Assembly (NCBI GenBank): GCA_023254135.1
Contig: JALQYL010000001.1
Location: 11,341 to 75,340, forward strand
DNA: 64,000 nt
DNA from: Ilumatobacteraceae bacterium
Lineage (GTDB): Bacteria; Actinomycetota; Acidimicrobiia; Acidimicrobiales; Ilumatobacteraceae
Direction of reading: 5' to 3'
Part shown: piece by piece, positions 47,027 through 55,752 of the stretch
Layout of the letters: each line of letters opens with the position of its first letter
Position numbering within the stretch: the first letter of the stretch is position 1
Program-made: the position numbers and the translations under genes
The notes under the pieces: generated by a model
The model's input: only the letters and a program-made list of their open reading frames with translations
Databases searched by the model: none
Told to the model about the DNA's origin: nothing

Positions 47027-49189
47027 GTGTCTACTTCTAGTTCTTCCACCACGCTTTCCGAATCCTCGTCGAAGGAATTGCTGGCCGCTTATGGCGTTCC
47101 CTTTGCGCCCGAGAGAAAAGTGGCAACAGCTGAACAAGCAGCGAAAGCTGCAGCCGATCTCGGTTTCCCCGTGGTGGTGAAACTGGGTGGAGACAAGATT
47201 GCACACAAGACCGAACGCGGGCTCGTTCGCTTGCGTCTCAGTGATGCCGCATCGGTGTCCGAAGCAGCCTCGCAATTGTTGGCCGCCGCCACACCCGCCG
47301 ATGGCGACGTGCACCTACTAGTTGCACCCATGATTGCTGGAACGCGTGAATTGATTGCCGGTGTATTGGTTGATGCACAATTCGGCCCCACGGTGATGCT
47401 CGGTATCGGCGGCATCATGGCTGAGGTCATCGCAGATGTGCAATTCCGCCCAGCGCCTCTCACACGAGATGGTGCGCTCGGAATGGTGCAATCACTGCGC
47501 ATGCAGGGCCTACTCGAAGACTTCCGTGGTGAAGCGGCTGTCAATGTTGACCAAGTGGTTGATTGCCTCGTGGGGCTTTCGCGAGTTGCCGTCGAGCGTC
47601 AGGACATTGTGTCCGTTGACGTGAATCCTCTTATTGTTCGGGCGAACGGCGACATAGTGGCCGTTGATGCATTGGTTGAGCTAGGCGAACGTGTCACCAA
47701 CTCGTCATCTGCGCGACAGAAATACACCGATGCTCAATTCCGCGCACTTTTCGAGCCAAAAGGTGTCCTTGTGACGGGCGCATCAACACACCCTGGAAAG
47801 TTTGGCTTCGTGTCCTTGCACAACATTCTCGCCAGTGGATACGCCGGAGGCGTCTATGGCACAAACCTGCAGGGAGAAGAAGTCCTCGGCATCAAAACTG
47901 TTGCCGACATTGCGGCACTACCTGACAATGCCATTGATTTGGTCTTCGTGTGCACTCCAGCATCTGCTAATCCCGACTTGTTGCGAGCATGCGCAGCCAA
48001 GGGCGTACGTGCGGCATTCCTCACATCCGCCGGATACGGAGAGGCTGGCGATGAAGGACGAAAGTTGGAGGCAGAGCTCGTGGCTTTGGCCGATGAGTTG
48101 GGCATCTTGCTCGCTGGACCCAATGGTCAGGGTGTCGTATCCACTCCCGCCAAATTGTGCGCACAAATTGTTGCACCCAATCCTCCAGCAGGTGCCATTG
48201 CAGTGGCTAGCCAGAGCGGCAACTTTGTTTCCAGTTTCATGAACTATGCACGGTCTGCCGGTGTCGGAATTAGCCGCGCTGTGTCGGCTGGTAACGCAGC
48301 TGCACTTGGCGTTGCCGACCTTATTGAGTGGTACGCCACCGACCAAGCAACACGTGTGTCATTGGCGTATGTGGAAGGCATCCACGACGGAGCGGGCCTC
48401 ATGTCGCGCCTTGGTGAAGTGACGAAGACCAAGCCAGTTGTTCTCGTGAAGGGTGGCGCAACCGACAAGGGTGCGCGTGCTGCCGCGAGCCACACGGGAG
48501 CACTTGCGGCGAACGATTCCATCTTTGACGGAGCGTGCAAGGCGGCAGGCATCTCGCGCGCAGTCACGGTGGAAGAGGCATACGAAGCAGCTGCAACTTT
48601 CGCTACACAACCACTGCCCAAGGGGCCGAACATTGTGATTCTCACCACTGCAGGAGGTTGGGGAGTTGTCACAAGTGATGCCATTGCACGCGACGGCCTG
48701 CTTCAACTCATGCCATTGCCTGACGACCTTCGTGCACAAATCGACACCAAGTTGCCTCCACGTTGGAGCAAGAACAACCCGGTGGACTGTGCTGGCGGTG
48801 AAACCCGCGACACCATTCCTGAAGTGATGGAAATGATTGCGTCACATCCATCCGTTGATGCAGTCATCTATTTGGGACTTGGCATTCAGGCCAATCAGGC
48901 GAGGCTGATGCGTGAGGGTCATTTCTATCCAGGAGAGGGACTTGAGCGAATCGTGGAATACCACGAACGTCAAGACAGTCGTTTCGCTCAAGCGGCACAC
49001 GATCTTTCACTGGCCACGGGAAAGCCCATATTGGTTGCTACCGAACTGGCAGTTGCTGACCCTGACAACGCCGGAGTTCGTACCGTTCGTGAAACTGGAC
49101 GTCTCTGTTATGCCAGTGGCAACAGGGCCGTCACTGCACTCGGACACCTCTATCGCTACGCGGTGCACACTGGTGTCGCGACCCGTTAA
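47027..49189 (+). CDS. ADP-forming acyl/acetate--CoA ligase family protein (fused ATP-grasp plus CoA-binding/ligase-CoA domains)
   Basis: 720 aa. The N-terminal ATP-grasp region has KELLAAYGVP...GFPVVVK. It is followed by a CoA-binding Rossmann region (VLVTGAS...) and a succinyl-CoA-ligase-like region (GPNGQG). Confidence 0.75.
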   Translation: MSTSSSSTTLSESSSKELLAAYGVPFAPERKVATAEQAAKAAADLGFPVVVKLGGDKIAHKTERGLVRLRLSDAASVSEAASQLLAAATPADGDVHLLVAPMIAGTRELIAGVLVDAQFGPTVMLGIGGIMAEVIADVQFRPAPLTRDGALGMVQSLRMQGLLEDFRGEAAVNVDQVVDCLVGLSRVAVERQDIVSVDVNPLIVRANGDIVAVDALVELGERVTNSSSARQKYTDAQFRALFEPKGVLVTGASTHPGKFGFVSLHNILASGYAGGVYGTNLQGEEVLGIKTVADIAALPDNAIDLVFVCTPASANPDLLRACAAKGVRAAFLTSAGYGEAGDEGRKLEAELVALADELGILLAGPNGQGVVSTPAKLCAQIVAPNPPAGAIAVASQSGNFVSSFMNYARSAGVGISRAVSAGNAAALGVADLIEWYATDQATRVSLAYVEGIHDGAGLMSRLGEVTKTKPVVLVKGGATDKGARAAASHTGALAANDSIFDGACKAAGISRAVTVEEAYEAAATFATQPLPKGPNIVILTTAGGWGVVTSDAIARDGLLQLMPLPDDLRAQIDTKLPPRWSKNNPVDCAGGETRDTIPEVMEMIASHPSVDAVIYLGLGIQANQARLMREGHFYPGEGLERIVEYHERQDSRFAQAAHDLSLATGKPILVATELAVADPDNAGVRTVRETGRLCYASGNRAVTALGHLYRYAVHTGVATR

Positions 49190-50594
49190 TACCCGTTCAA
49201 CACGTCGACGCGCCGAACGACCAGAGCGCGTGGTCGCCACGGTTGGCATCATCGGCATGTTCGTGCTGAGTGCCGGATACTTCGCCACCAGCCATGTGGC
49301 GCGTAGCGTTCGTCCACTCAGCGACAACACTGTCGGCGTACAGCAAAAGACTGCAGTTTTGTCGGCCCGACGCACCCCCACGAATTTGTCAACGATCAGC
49401 CGTATCGGCACAGTGTCTCGTGCGCTTGCAGTTTTTGCGCCGCAAATTCCCAGCCAGTCGTGTGGCCGCGTGGATTGGTTGGGTCACACCATTCTCAATG
49501 TGAACGGCCCACAAACCGTCACACCGGCGTCGGCCACAAAAGTTGTGACGGCTGCGGCAGCACTTTCTGTACTTGGACCGAAATACACATACACCACCAC
49601 CATAAAGGCAGCATCAGCTCCTGTTGGTGGTGTTGTCGACAATCTGTATTTCGTGGGTGGCGGTGACCCCCTCTTGAGTCGCACCGAATACACAGCAACG
49701 GAAAAGTACCCCACACTCACTCCGACATCCTTGGCATCTCTTGCCGACAAGATTGCTGCATCGGGAATTCGACAGGTGACTGGTTCCATCGTTGTTGACG
49801 ACTCTCGTTATGACGACGTCAGATTTGTGGACGCATGGCCCACCGACTTCCATTTCACTGAAGCAGGTCCTCTCGGGGCACTCATGGTGGATGACGGCGT
49901 TGTACTGGGGGAGAACATGAAACCGGCCGATCCTGCTCTGGCCGCTGCAGCGGAATTGCATGCGTTGCTTTCTCAACGTGGAATTTTTGTGAGTGGTCCG
50001 AACCTTCGCGCTCCAATCCCATCAGGGGCTCTGGACATCGCACAGATCGTGTCCGCACCGATGACGGATGTACTCAAGGAAATGCTGACCAACAGCGACA
50101 ACAACACAGCAGAGCTCGTACTCAAGGAAATTGGTCTTGTGGCGAAGAAGTCGGGGAGTACCGCCGCAGGTTTGCAGGCCGTGCAGGATCTCCTCGCGAA
50201 GTGGGGACTCAGCAATTCAGTTGTCATGAACGATGGATCTGGCCTTTCTGCAGCGAACAAGATCTCGTGCAATGTGTTCGCCCAACTGCTCATTAGAGAG
50301 AAGAGTGTGTTGCCACAGTTGCTGGCAGTTGCAGGTGTCTCTGGCACCATTCGAGATGCTTTCGACAATTCACCCGTGAAAGGGAGATTGGTGGGCAAGA
50401 CCGGAACCCTGAATGGCGTGAAGGCACTTGTCGGATACCTACCCCTAGAAACCGAACGTCCCGTGGTTTTCTCACTGTTGCTCAACAAATCGGGGATCGA
50501 CAATCAATCGGCGTACCGCCCTATTTGGAATGCACTTGCCGATGCGTTGCATAAGGCCAAAGCCACTCCACAGAGCGACCAATTGGCCCCGTAA
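49173..50594 (+). CDS. dacB: D-alanyl-D-alanine carboxypeptidase/endopeptidase (PBP4/S13 family)
   Basis: Has SxxK SATK, SDNN and KTGT motifs. An Arg-rich n-region plus a TM anchor follow GTG 49173. GTG 49230 is the alternative start. Confidence 0.8.
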   Translation: MSRPVNTRSTRRRAERPERVVATVGIIGMFVLSAGYFATSHVARSVRPLSDNTVGVQQKTAVLSARRTPTNLSTISRIGTVSRALAVFAPQIPSQSCGRVDWLGHTILNVNGPQTVTPASATKVVTAAAALSVLGPKYTYTTTIKAASAPVGGVVDNLYFVGGGDPLLSRTEYTATEKYPTLTPTSLASLADKIAASGIRQVTGSIVVDDSRYDDVRFVDAWPTDFHFTEAGPLGALMVDDGVVLGENMKPADPALAAAAELHALLSQRGIFVSGPNLRAPIPSGALDIAQIVSAPMTDVLKEMLTNSDNNTAELVLKEIGLVAKKSGSTAAGLQAVQDLLAKWGLSNSVVMNDGSGLSAANKISCNVFAQLLIREKSVLPQLLAVAGVSGTIRDAFDNSPVKGRLVGKTGTLNGVKALVGYLPLETERPVVFSLLLNKSGIDNQSAYRPIWNALADALHKAKATPQSDQLAP

Positions 50595-50615
50595 AGGTGT
50601 GGATGCGGGGTTTTT
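50587..50615 (+). terminator. weak intrinsic terminator after dacB
   Basis: CCCCG...CGGGG 5 bp GC stem spanning the stop codon, with a 14 nt loop, followed by TTTTT (50611-50615). Confidence 0.35.
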
Positions 50616-50659
50616 GTCCTGTGGATAACTGGACGAGCCTGGCGTAGGCTGAGAAGCCC

Positions 50660-51001
50660 ATGACAGAGAAGACGCCTCTCTTTCGCCGCCAGGCGAGTAC
50701 CACCGACCAGGTCACTGACCTCGTTGAGTCTGTCAAGGCGTATGCCAGACAAGAGACCGTCGAACCACTAAAGGGTGCTGCGCGTTGGTTGGCAATGGGC
50801 ACCATTGCTGCGGTGTCGTTGGGTCTTGCCATGGTGTTCGGAGCGATGGGAGTCCTACGACTTAGTCAAGATCTCGGGGGAACTCTTCTTGATGGTTCAT
50901 GGTCGTTCCTTCATTACTTCATCACACTCATTGTCATGTCCGCGTTGGTATGGCTCACGTTCTCGCGTATCTCACAACGCAGTTTGGCCAAAGGAGATTA
51001 G
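50660..51001 (+). CDS. small membrane protein, actinobacterial holin-X-like (phage holin family annotation type)
   Basis: 113 aa with an amphipathic N-terminal helix and two TM segments. Confidence 0.5.
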   Translation: MTEKTPLFRRQASTTDQVTDLVESVKAYARQETVEPLKGAARWLAMGTIAAVSLGLAMVFGAMGVLRLSQDLGGTLLDGSWSFLHYFITLIVMSALVWLTFSRISQRSLAKGD

Positions 51002-51003
51002 CC

Positions 51004-51210
51004 ATGTCTGAAAACAAGATCACACGCGACGACTTGGAATCGAAGTTTCGTGCATTACAGGCAGACGTCCAAGGACGCGCCGCCGACAAGAAGCAGTCTG
51101 TTATCGCTGCAGGTTCTGCTATTGCCACCGTCGTTGTCCTGTTGGCATATCTCTTCGGACGCCGCAGTGGTCGAAAGCGCGGTTCTCGCGTTGAATTTCG
51201 CAGGTTCTAA
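51004..51210 (+). CDS. small hypothetical membrane protein
   Basis: 68 aa. AAGGAG lies 8 nt upstream of ATG 51004. It has a coiled N-terminus, one TM segment and a basic tail RRSGRKRGSR. Confidence 0.55.
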   Translation: MSENKITRDDLESKFRALQADVQGRAADKKQSVIAAGSAIATVVVLLAYLFGRRSGRKRGSRVEFRRF

Positions 51211-51213
51211 TTA

Positions 51214-51414
51214 ATGTTTGCTCTCTTGCGTCTTGTCGGACGCCGAATCACCAAGAAACGCATGGGCAAGAGCGTGTGGATCCGTCGAGCAGTGTTCGTT
51301 GTTGCGGCAGGTCGCTGGTTGTTGCGAATACTCGACAAACCTCAGGTCATTCGTCTTCGCAAGAACGAAACAGCAACTGTCGTAGTTCGTCAATTAGGAA
51401 GTAAAGAATCATGA
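51214..51414 (+). CDS. small hypothetical basic protein
   Basis: 66 aa and Arg/Lys-rich. It starts 3 nt after the previous stop and overlaps the trmI start by 4 nt. Confidence 0.45.
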   Translation: MFALLRLVGRRITKKRMGKSVWIRRAVFVVAAGRWLLRILDKPQVIRLRKNETATVVVRQLGSKES

Positions 51415-52181
51415 GCGCACCATTCGCTGAAGGAGAGAAAGCTCTCTTCGTTGATTCAAAGCAGCGTCGTTATCTCGTCACACTCAACGTGGAAGGCGAG
51501 TTTCACAGTCATTCGGGCTTCATTCCGCACACCGCTGTCATTGGTGCACAACCAGGAATCGTTTCGGAAACCACCAAAGGTGCCAAGTACATCGTGCTTC
51601 GACCCACCTTGGAGGACTTTGTCATAGAAATGCCACGAGGCGCACAGGTGATCTATCCGAAAGATCTGGCGCCCATGTGCATGATTGGCGATATTCACCC
51701 TGGTGTTCGAGTGTTTGAAACAGGAATCGGGTCAGGCGCGTTGTCCATGACAATGCTTCGATGGGGAGCTCACATCACCGGCATTGAGCTTCGCGAAGAC
51801 TTCCTCAATCGAGCCACTTCAAATGTGCGTTCGTTTCTCGGCGAGAATGCGCTCGAGCGCTACAACGTGAGTATCGGCGATAGTTACGAAGCGGCACCAG
51901 AAGGTGAGTTTGACCGCGTCATGTTGGATTTACCCGAACCTTGGCGAGTGGTACCACATGCGGAGAAGGTCTTGGTTCGCGGGGGGCTATTGGTGGCCTA
52001 CACGCCGTCCATCACACAAGCCGTTCAGGTTCGTGAATCCTTTGGCAAAGGCTGGGTGGATCAGCGCACGCTGGAGGTACTGCACAGAACATGGCACATT
52101 GAAGGCATGTCTGTTCGCCCAGACCATCGCATGGTGGCACACACGGCATTTCTCACCGTGGCGCGCTTTACCGGAGAGTAA
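51411..52181 (+). CDS. trmI: tRNA (adenine(58)-N(1))-methyltransferase
   Basis: 256 aa with a GCD14/TrmI-type N-terminal beta domain. SAM motif is ETGIGSGALS. Confidence 0.85.
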   Translation: MSAPFAEGEKALFVDSKQRRYLVTLNVEGEFHSHSGFIPHTAVIGAQPGIVSETTKGAKYIVLRPTLEDFVIEMPRGAQVIYPKDLAPMCMIGDIHPGVRVFETGIGSGALSMTMLRWGAHITGIELREDFLNRATSNVRSFLGENALERYNVSIGDSYEAAPEGEFDRVMLDLPEPWRVVPHAEKVLVRGGLLVAYTPSITQAVQVRESFGKGWVDQRTLEVLHRTWHIEGMSVRPDHRMVAHTAFLTVARFTGE

Positions 52182-52184
52182 AAC

Positions 52185-52430
52185 TCAGGCTTCGATGAAG
52201 ATGCATTCGCCGGGGCATTCCTCGGCGGATTCAACAACGGCGTCAATGCGGCTGTCGGGGAAGTTGGCCATACCGTCTGCGCCCTGAGCGTTGCCCTTGG
52301 CGGTGGCGAAAACTTTGTCGCCTTCCTTCACGTATGCAAGACCATCGTCAAGGAGGGTGAACACGTCGGGAGCGATTTCTTCGCAGAGTCCGTCGCCTGT
52401 GCACAAGTCCTGGTCAATCCATACCTTCAT
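52185..52430 (-). CDS. ferredoxin (single-cluster 3Fe-4S/4Fe-4S type)
   Basis: 81 aa with CTGDGLCEEIAPDVF ... ECPGECI. AAGGGA lies 7 nt upstream of the ATG. Confidence 0.85.
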   Translation of the reverse strand: MKVWIDQDLCTGDGLCEEIAPDVFTLLDDGLAYVKEGDKVFATAKGNAQGADGMANFPDSRIDAVVESAEECPGECIFIEA

Positions 52431-52527
52431 TGGGAAGTCCCTTCGTCACGTCGCCTTGCGGCATCTATGGCTGTACCCCTATCTGGGGAACCCTCTCATC
52501 TTTACACATCACACCCCGAAACCATGG

Positions 52528-52559
52528 TGTCCGTTTCCGCCGGTAGCAGGGAACGGACA
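52528..52559. promoter_or_regulatory. 11 bp inverted repeat/hairpin upstream of prcB
   Basis: TGTCCGTTTCC-N10-GGGAACGGACA (one T-G position). It ends 4 nt before the putative -10 TAACCT (52564-52569) of leaderless prcB. Confidence 0.4.
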
Positions 52560-52576
52560 GGGGTAACCTGACCGAG

Positions 52577-53359
52577 ATGCCGTTGCCACTTTTCCAACCA
52601 TCCGAGGACCCGGGCTCAAATTTCAATGAGTTCATCAAGAAGATGGGATACCTTCCGAGTTACACCTTTCCTGGCGGTTCGATAGAGGTGCCCCATGGCA
52701 CAACTTGTGTGGCGTTGCGCTTTGTTGAGGGGGTCGTGATAGCCGGAGACCGACGCGCCACTGCGGGAAATCGTATTGCGAATCGGGACATGGAGAAGGT
52801 GGTGCAAACCGACGATTTCAGTGCGGTTGCCATTGCTGGAGCGGCTGGACGTGCAATGGAGATGATCAAGATCTTCGCTCTCTCGTTGGAACATTACGAA
52901 AAAATAGAAGGACGCCGACTTTCACTGGAAGGAAAGGCGAACCAGTTGTCTTCCATGGTTCGTGACAACATGTCGGCCGCAATGAGTGGCCTCGGAGTGC
53001 TCCCACTTTTTGCAGGTTTCGACGAACACGATTCTCAGGGACGAATTTGGAGCTATGACGGCACGGGCGGTCGCTACGAGGAACACGAGTACGCAGCCAT
53101 TGGTAGTGGGTCCGATTACGCGGGCACCGTGGTGAAGGTCGGCTGGAAATCCGACCTGAATGAGACTGCTGCAATCAACCTGGCCTGTCGGGCTCTGTGG
53201 GAAGCAGCAGAGGCTGATTCGGCCACCGGCGGGCCAGACGGGTTGCGGAACATCTATCCCATCGTTGCACTCATTGACCAGAACGGTTGGCGACGCATCA
53301 ACGATTCCGACCTTGCCGAAATCTTCACTTCGATTGCACAGGAAATGAGAACACGATGA
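52577..53359 (+). CDS. prcB: 20S proteasome beta subunit (with propeptide)
   Basis: 260 aa. Processing site HG/TTCVALRF exposes the catalytic Thr. ATG is preceded by TAACCT plus 7 nt. Confidence 0.9.
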   Translation: MPLPLFQPSEDPGSNFNEFIKKMGYLPSYTFPGGSIEVPHGTTCVALRFVEGVVIAGDRRATAGNRIANRDMEKVVQTDDFSAVAIAGAAGRAMEMIKIFALSLEHYEKIEGRRLSLEGKANQLSSMVRDNMSAAMSGLGVLPLFAGFDEHDSQGRIWSYDGTGGRYEEHEYAAIGSGSDYAGTVVKVGWKSDLNETAAINLACRALWEAAEADSATGGPDGLRNIYPIVALIDQNGWRRINDSDLAEIFTSIAQEMRTR

Positions 53360-54033
53360 GCATGCCTTTCTATGTTCCGCCTGAGCAAATGATGCAGGAG
53401 AAAGGCGATTTCGCCCGAAAGGGAATCGCTCGGGGTCGCGCACTAGTCGCACTTCAGTATGACAACGGCATCGTCCTTGTGGCCGAGAATCCATCAAACA
53501 ACCTGCGAAAGATCGGTGAGATTTACGACCGCATCGCGTTTGCAGGCGTCGGCAAATACAACGAATTCGATGACCTGCGTCAGGCAGGTGTTCGAGCAGC
53601 CGACTACACGGGACTGCAATACTCGCGTCGCGATGTGGAGGGGCGTGCGCTGGCAAACAAGTACGCACAGCTCATCGGACAGTCGTTCACACACGAATCC
53701 AAGCCACTCGAAGTTGAGATTCTCATCGCAGAAGTGGGACACGAAAAAGAGAGTGACCGTCTGTTTCACATCACGTACGACGGCACCGTGATTGATGAAC
53801 AACAATGCTGCATATTGGGCGGTGATGCCGAGGCCGTGCGCCAGCGCCTGAAGGAGAATCTGCAACCAGATGCGCCTCTTTCTCATGCCATCGCCACAGC
53901 TGCATCTGCATTGTCAGGACCAGATCGCGCGTTGAACAGCGAAGAACTTGAGGTCGCCCTTCTTGAACGGGGCGACAATCGTCGTTGCTTCAAGCGCCTG
54001 AGCCACGACCAAGTAGGTGAACTGCTGAAGTAG
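53356..54033 (+). CDS. prcA: 20S proteasome alpha subunit
   Basis: Starts MSMPFYVPPEQ, typical of actinobacterial PrcA. ATGA overlap with the prcB stop. Confidence 0.9.
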   Translation: MSMPFYVPPEQMMQEKGDFARKGIARGRALVALQYDNGIVLVAENPSNNLRKIGEIYDRIAFAGVGKYNEFDDLRQAGVRAADYTGLQYSRRDVEGRALANKYAQLIGQSFTHESKPLEVEILIAEVGHEKESDRLFHITYDGTVIDEQQCCILGGDAEAVRQRLKENLQPDAPLSHAIATAASALSGPDRALNSEELEVALLERGDNRRCFKRLSHDQVGELLK

Positions 54034-54060
54034 CACCACCTGAAGTAGCGTGGTGAGTTC

Positions 54061-54657
54061 ATGGAAGTAGACGTCGTTCCCGAAGAGATTTCACAGCAGC
54101 AATCTCTGGCGCGCGTCCTTCGTGACTGGATTTTGGTCATTGCAGTGGCCCTCGGGGCCGCAATGTTGGTGCGCGTCTTCGTTCTGCAACAGTTCTACAT
54201 CAGTGGACCATCCATGGAATCCACGTTGTTCCAGGACAATCGCGTGCTCGTCAACAAGATGAGTTACAAGCTGCACCCCATCCACCGTGGTGACGTCGTG
54301 GTATTCGACAGAGTCACCACTTCGGGCGGGGTAGTGGCACATGATGATCTCATCAAACGAGTCATCGGAGTCGCATCAGACTCGGTGGAAATTAAGGGCT
54401 GCAAGGTCATTGTGAACGGCGCCGAGGTTGCAGAGCCGTATCTAGACCCAGCACAAACAGCCATCACCAATCTCACTGAACGATGTCGCGTGGTTGACAT
54501 GCCCAAGGTTGTGGTTCCGGCCGGACAGCTCTTTGTGATGGGTGACAACCGTCCCGAATCATTCGACAGTCGAAGCTTTGGAACCATCCCCAAGAATTTG
54601 GTGGTGGGAAGAGCTTTTGCCATTGTGTGGCCACTCTCGCGAATCGGCGGATTGTAA
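54061..54657 (+). CDS. lepB: signal peptidase I
   Basis: 198 aa with an N-terminal TM segment. S26 boxes are SGPSMESTL, KRVIG and GDNRPESFDSR. Confidence 0.9.
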   Translation: MEVDVVPEEISQQQSLARVLRDWILVIAVALGAAMLVRVFVLQQFYISGPSMESTLFQDNRVLVNKMSYKLHPIHRGDVVVFDRVTTSGGVVAHDDLIKRVIGVASDSVEIKGCKVIVNGAEVAEPYLDPAQTAITNLTERCRVVDMPKVVVPAGQLFVMGDNRPESFDSRSFGTIPKNLVVGRAFAIVWPLSRIGGL

Positions 54658-55392
54658 CTACACCCGCTTCGGGGCGTGTCCCACCTGTTCGGTGTATGCG
54701 TCGACCAAGCGGTCCGTGTAGTCGCTGTACACGGCATCCAACCCCATGCGGAACGCATCCGTGAGGGCATGGGGAAATTGAACATCCCAACCGAAGGCAA
54801 AGAAATTGAATCGGTGTGCCATGGTGACCAACCCACCATTCCAATCGGTGATGTGCATGTTCAGCACGTCAACTCCTCGATCCGCCAAAGTAGCCATTCG
54901 CATCTCGGGACCTTCTTTTATGCGTGCAAGACGGGACGAGTCGACGATACGAACATCGGGATAAGCAACGCGATATTCCAGAGTTTGTTCGAGTTTGTGA
55001 TGACACAGCCACAAACGTTGTGGGTCGAATCCGGCATTTCGCGCTTCGCTCACCAAACCTTCGGCTGAACTCGGGTCCTTCACATCGACACTGAAGTCGA
55101 AATCGGTGCCACATTGCTGAAAGAACTCAGCAACGGATGGAATATGCGACGGCAACTTTGCTGCAGTCACTTCAGCGATTGGTTTCTTTCGCCCAAGGAA
55201 CTTCACCACGCCGTCGTGGTCGAGAACCGTGACCCCATCACTCGTGATCCAACAATCACTTTCCAGGCCATTCGCGCCCAATTTCAGGGCTAGCTGAAAA
55301 GCCTCAATGGTGTTCTCTGGAGCATGAGCCCGAGCACCCCGATGCGCAAAGGCAATGGGTTCCTCTCGAAGAGTGGGAAGGCGTTGTTGCAC
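54658..55392 (-). CDS. glycerophosphodiester phosphodiesterase family protein
   Basis: 244 aa starting at GTG, with the FAHRGA...PENT GDPD motif. The start is preceded by TAGTCT plus 6 nt. Confidence 0.8.
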   Translation of the reverse strand: MQQRLPTLREEPIAFAHRGARAHAPENTIEAFQLALKLGANGLESDCWITSDGVTVLDHDGVVKFLGRKKPIAEVTAAKLPSHIPSVAEFFQQCGTDFDFSVDVKDPSSAEGLVSEARNAGFDPQRLWLCHHKLEQTLEYRVAYPDVRIVDSSRLARIKEGPEMRMATLADRGVDVLNMHITDWNGGLVTMAHRFNFFAFGWDVQFPHALTDAFRMGLDAVYSDYTDRLVDAYTEQVGHAPKRV

Positions 55393-55428
55393 CCCCGAAG
55401 ACTAGGGCGCGGCTCCTATGCTGGAGCA
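55393..55428. promoter_or_regulatory. 36 bp divergent gap with back-to-back -10 hexamers
   Basis: TATGCT (55417-55422) lies 6 nt before tatA GTG 55429. TAGTCT (complement of 55399-55404) lies 6 nt before the GDPD GTG at 55392. Confidence 0.5.
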
Positions 55429-55752
55429 GTGTTCAATCTCAGTGGCAGCGAATTGGTCTTCCTGCTTGTAGCCGGATTGGTGGTGTTGGGTCCAGAGCGC
55501 CTTCCTGGTGTGATCCGCAGAGTGGGCCAGGTCTACGGCGAAGTTCGTCGAGCAACGTCCGGACTTGAAAGAGAGTTCCGCGAGACATTCGATGCACCCT
55601 TGAACGACCTTCGCAACACAATCGATGGCGCAAAGACCGGTTTCGGTCTTGTTGACACGGAGCCCTCGCCACCCATGCGTCCCGAAATGCCGGCAGATCC
55701 ACCCGTGGACGAGAACCAAGCAAACACAACTGATTCCGAGTCTGAATCATGA
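55429..55752 (+). CDS. tatA: twin-arginine translocase TatA/TatB-family protein
   Basis: Starts (V)FNLSGSELVFLLVAGLVVLGPERLP, the TatA/B signature, followed by an amphipathic helix and an acidic tail. Confidence 0.85.
   Translation: MFNLSGSELVFLLVAGLVVLGPERLPGVIRRVGQVYGEVRRATSGLEREFRETFDAPLNDLRNTIDGAKTGFGLVDTEPSPPMRPEMPADPPVDENQANTTDSESES

Noticed and set aside
52291-52566. 91 aa plus-strand ORF upstream of prcB considered as a possible pup
   Set aside because: It overlaps the ferredoxin gene antisense, is not acidic or disordered like Pup, and ends GNGQG rather than GGQ or GGE.
52922-53668. 248 aa minus-strand ORF
   Set aside because: It is antisense to prcB and prcA and has Arg/Cys-rich composition typical of spurious antisense frames.
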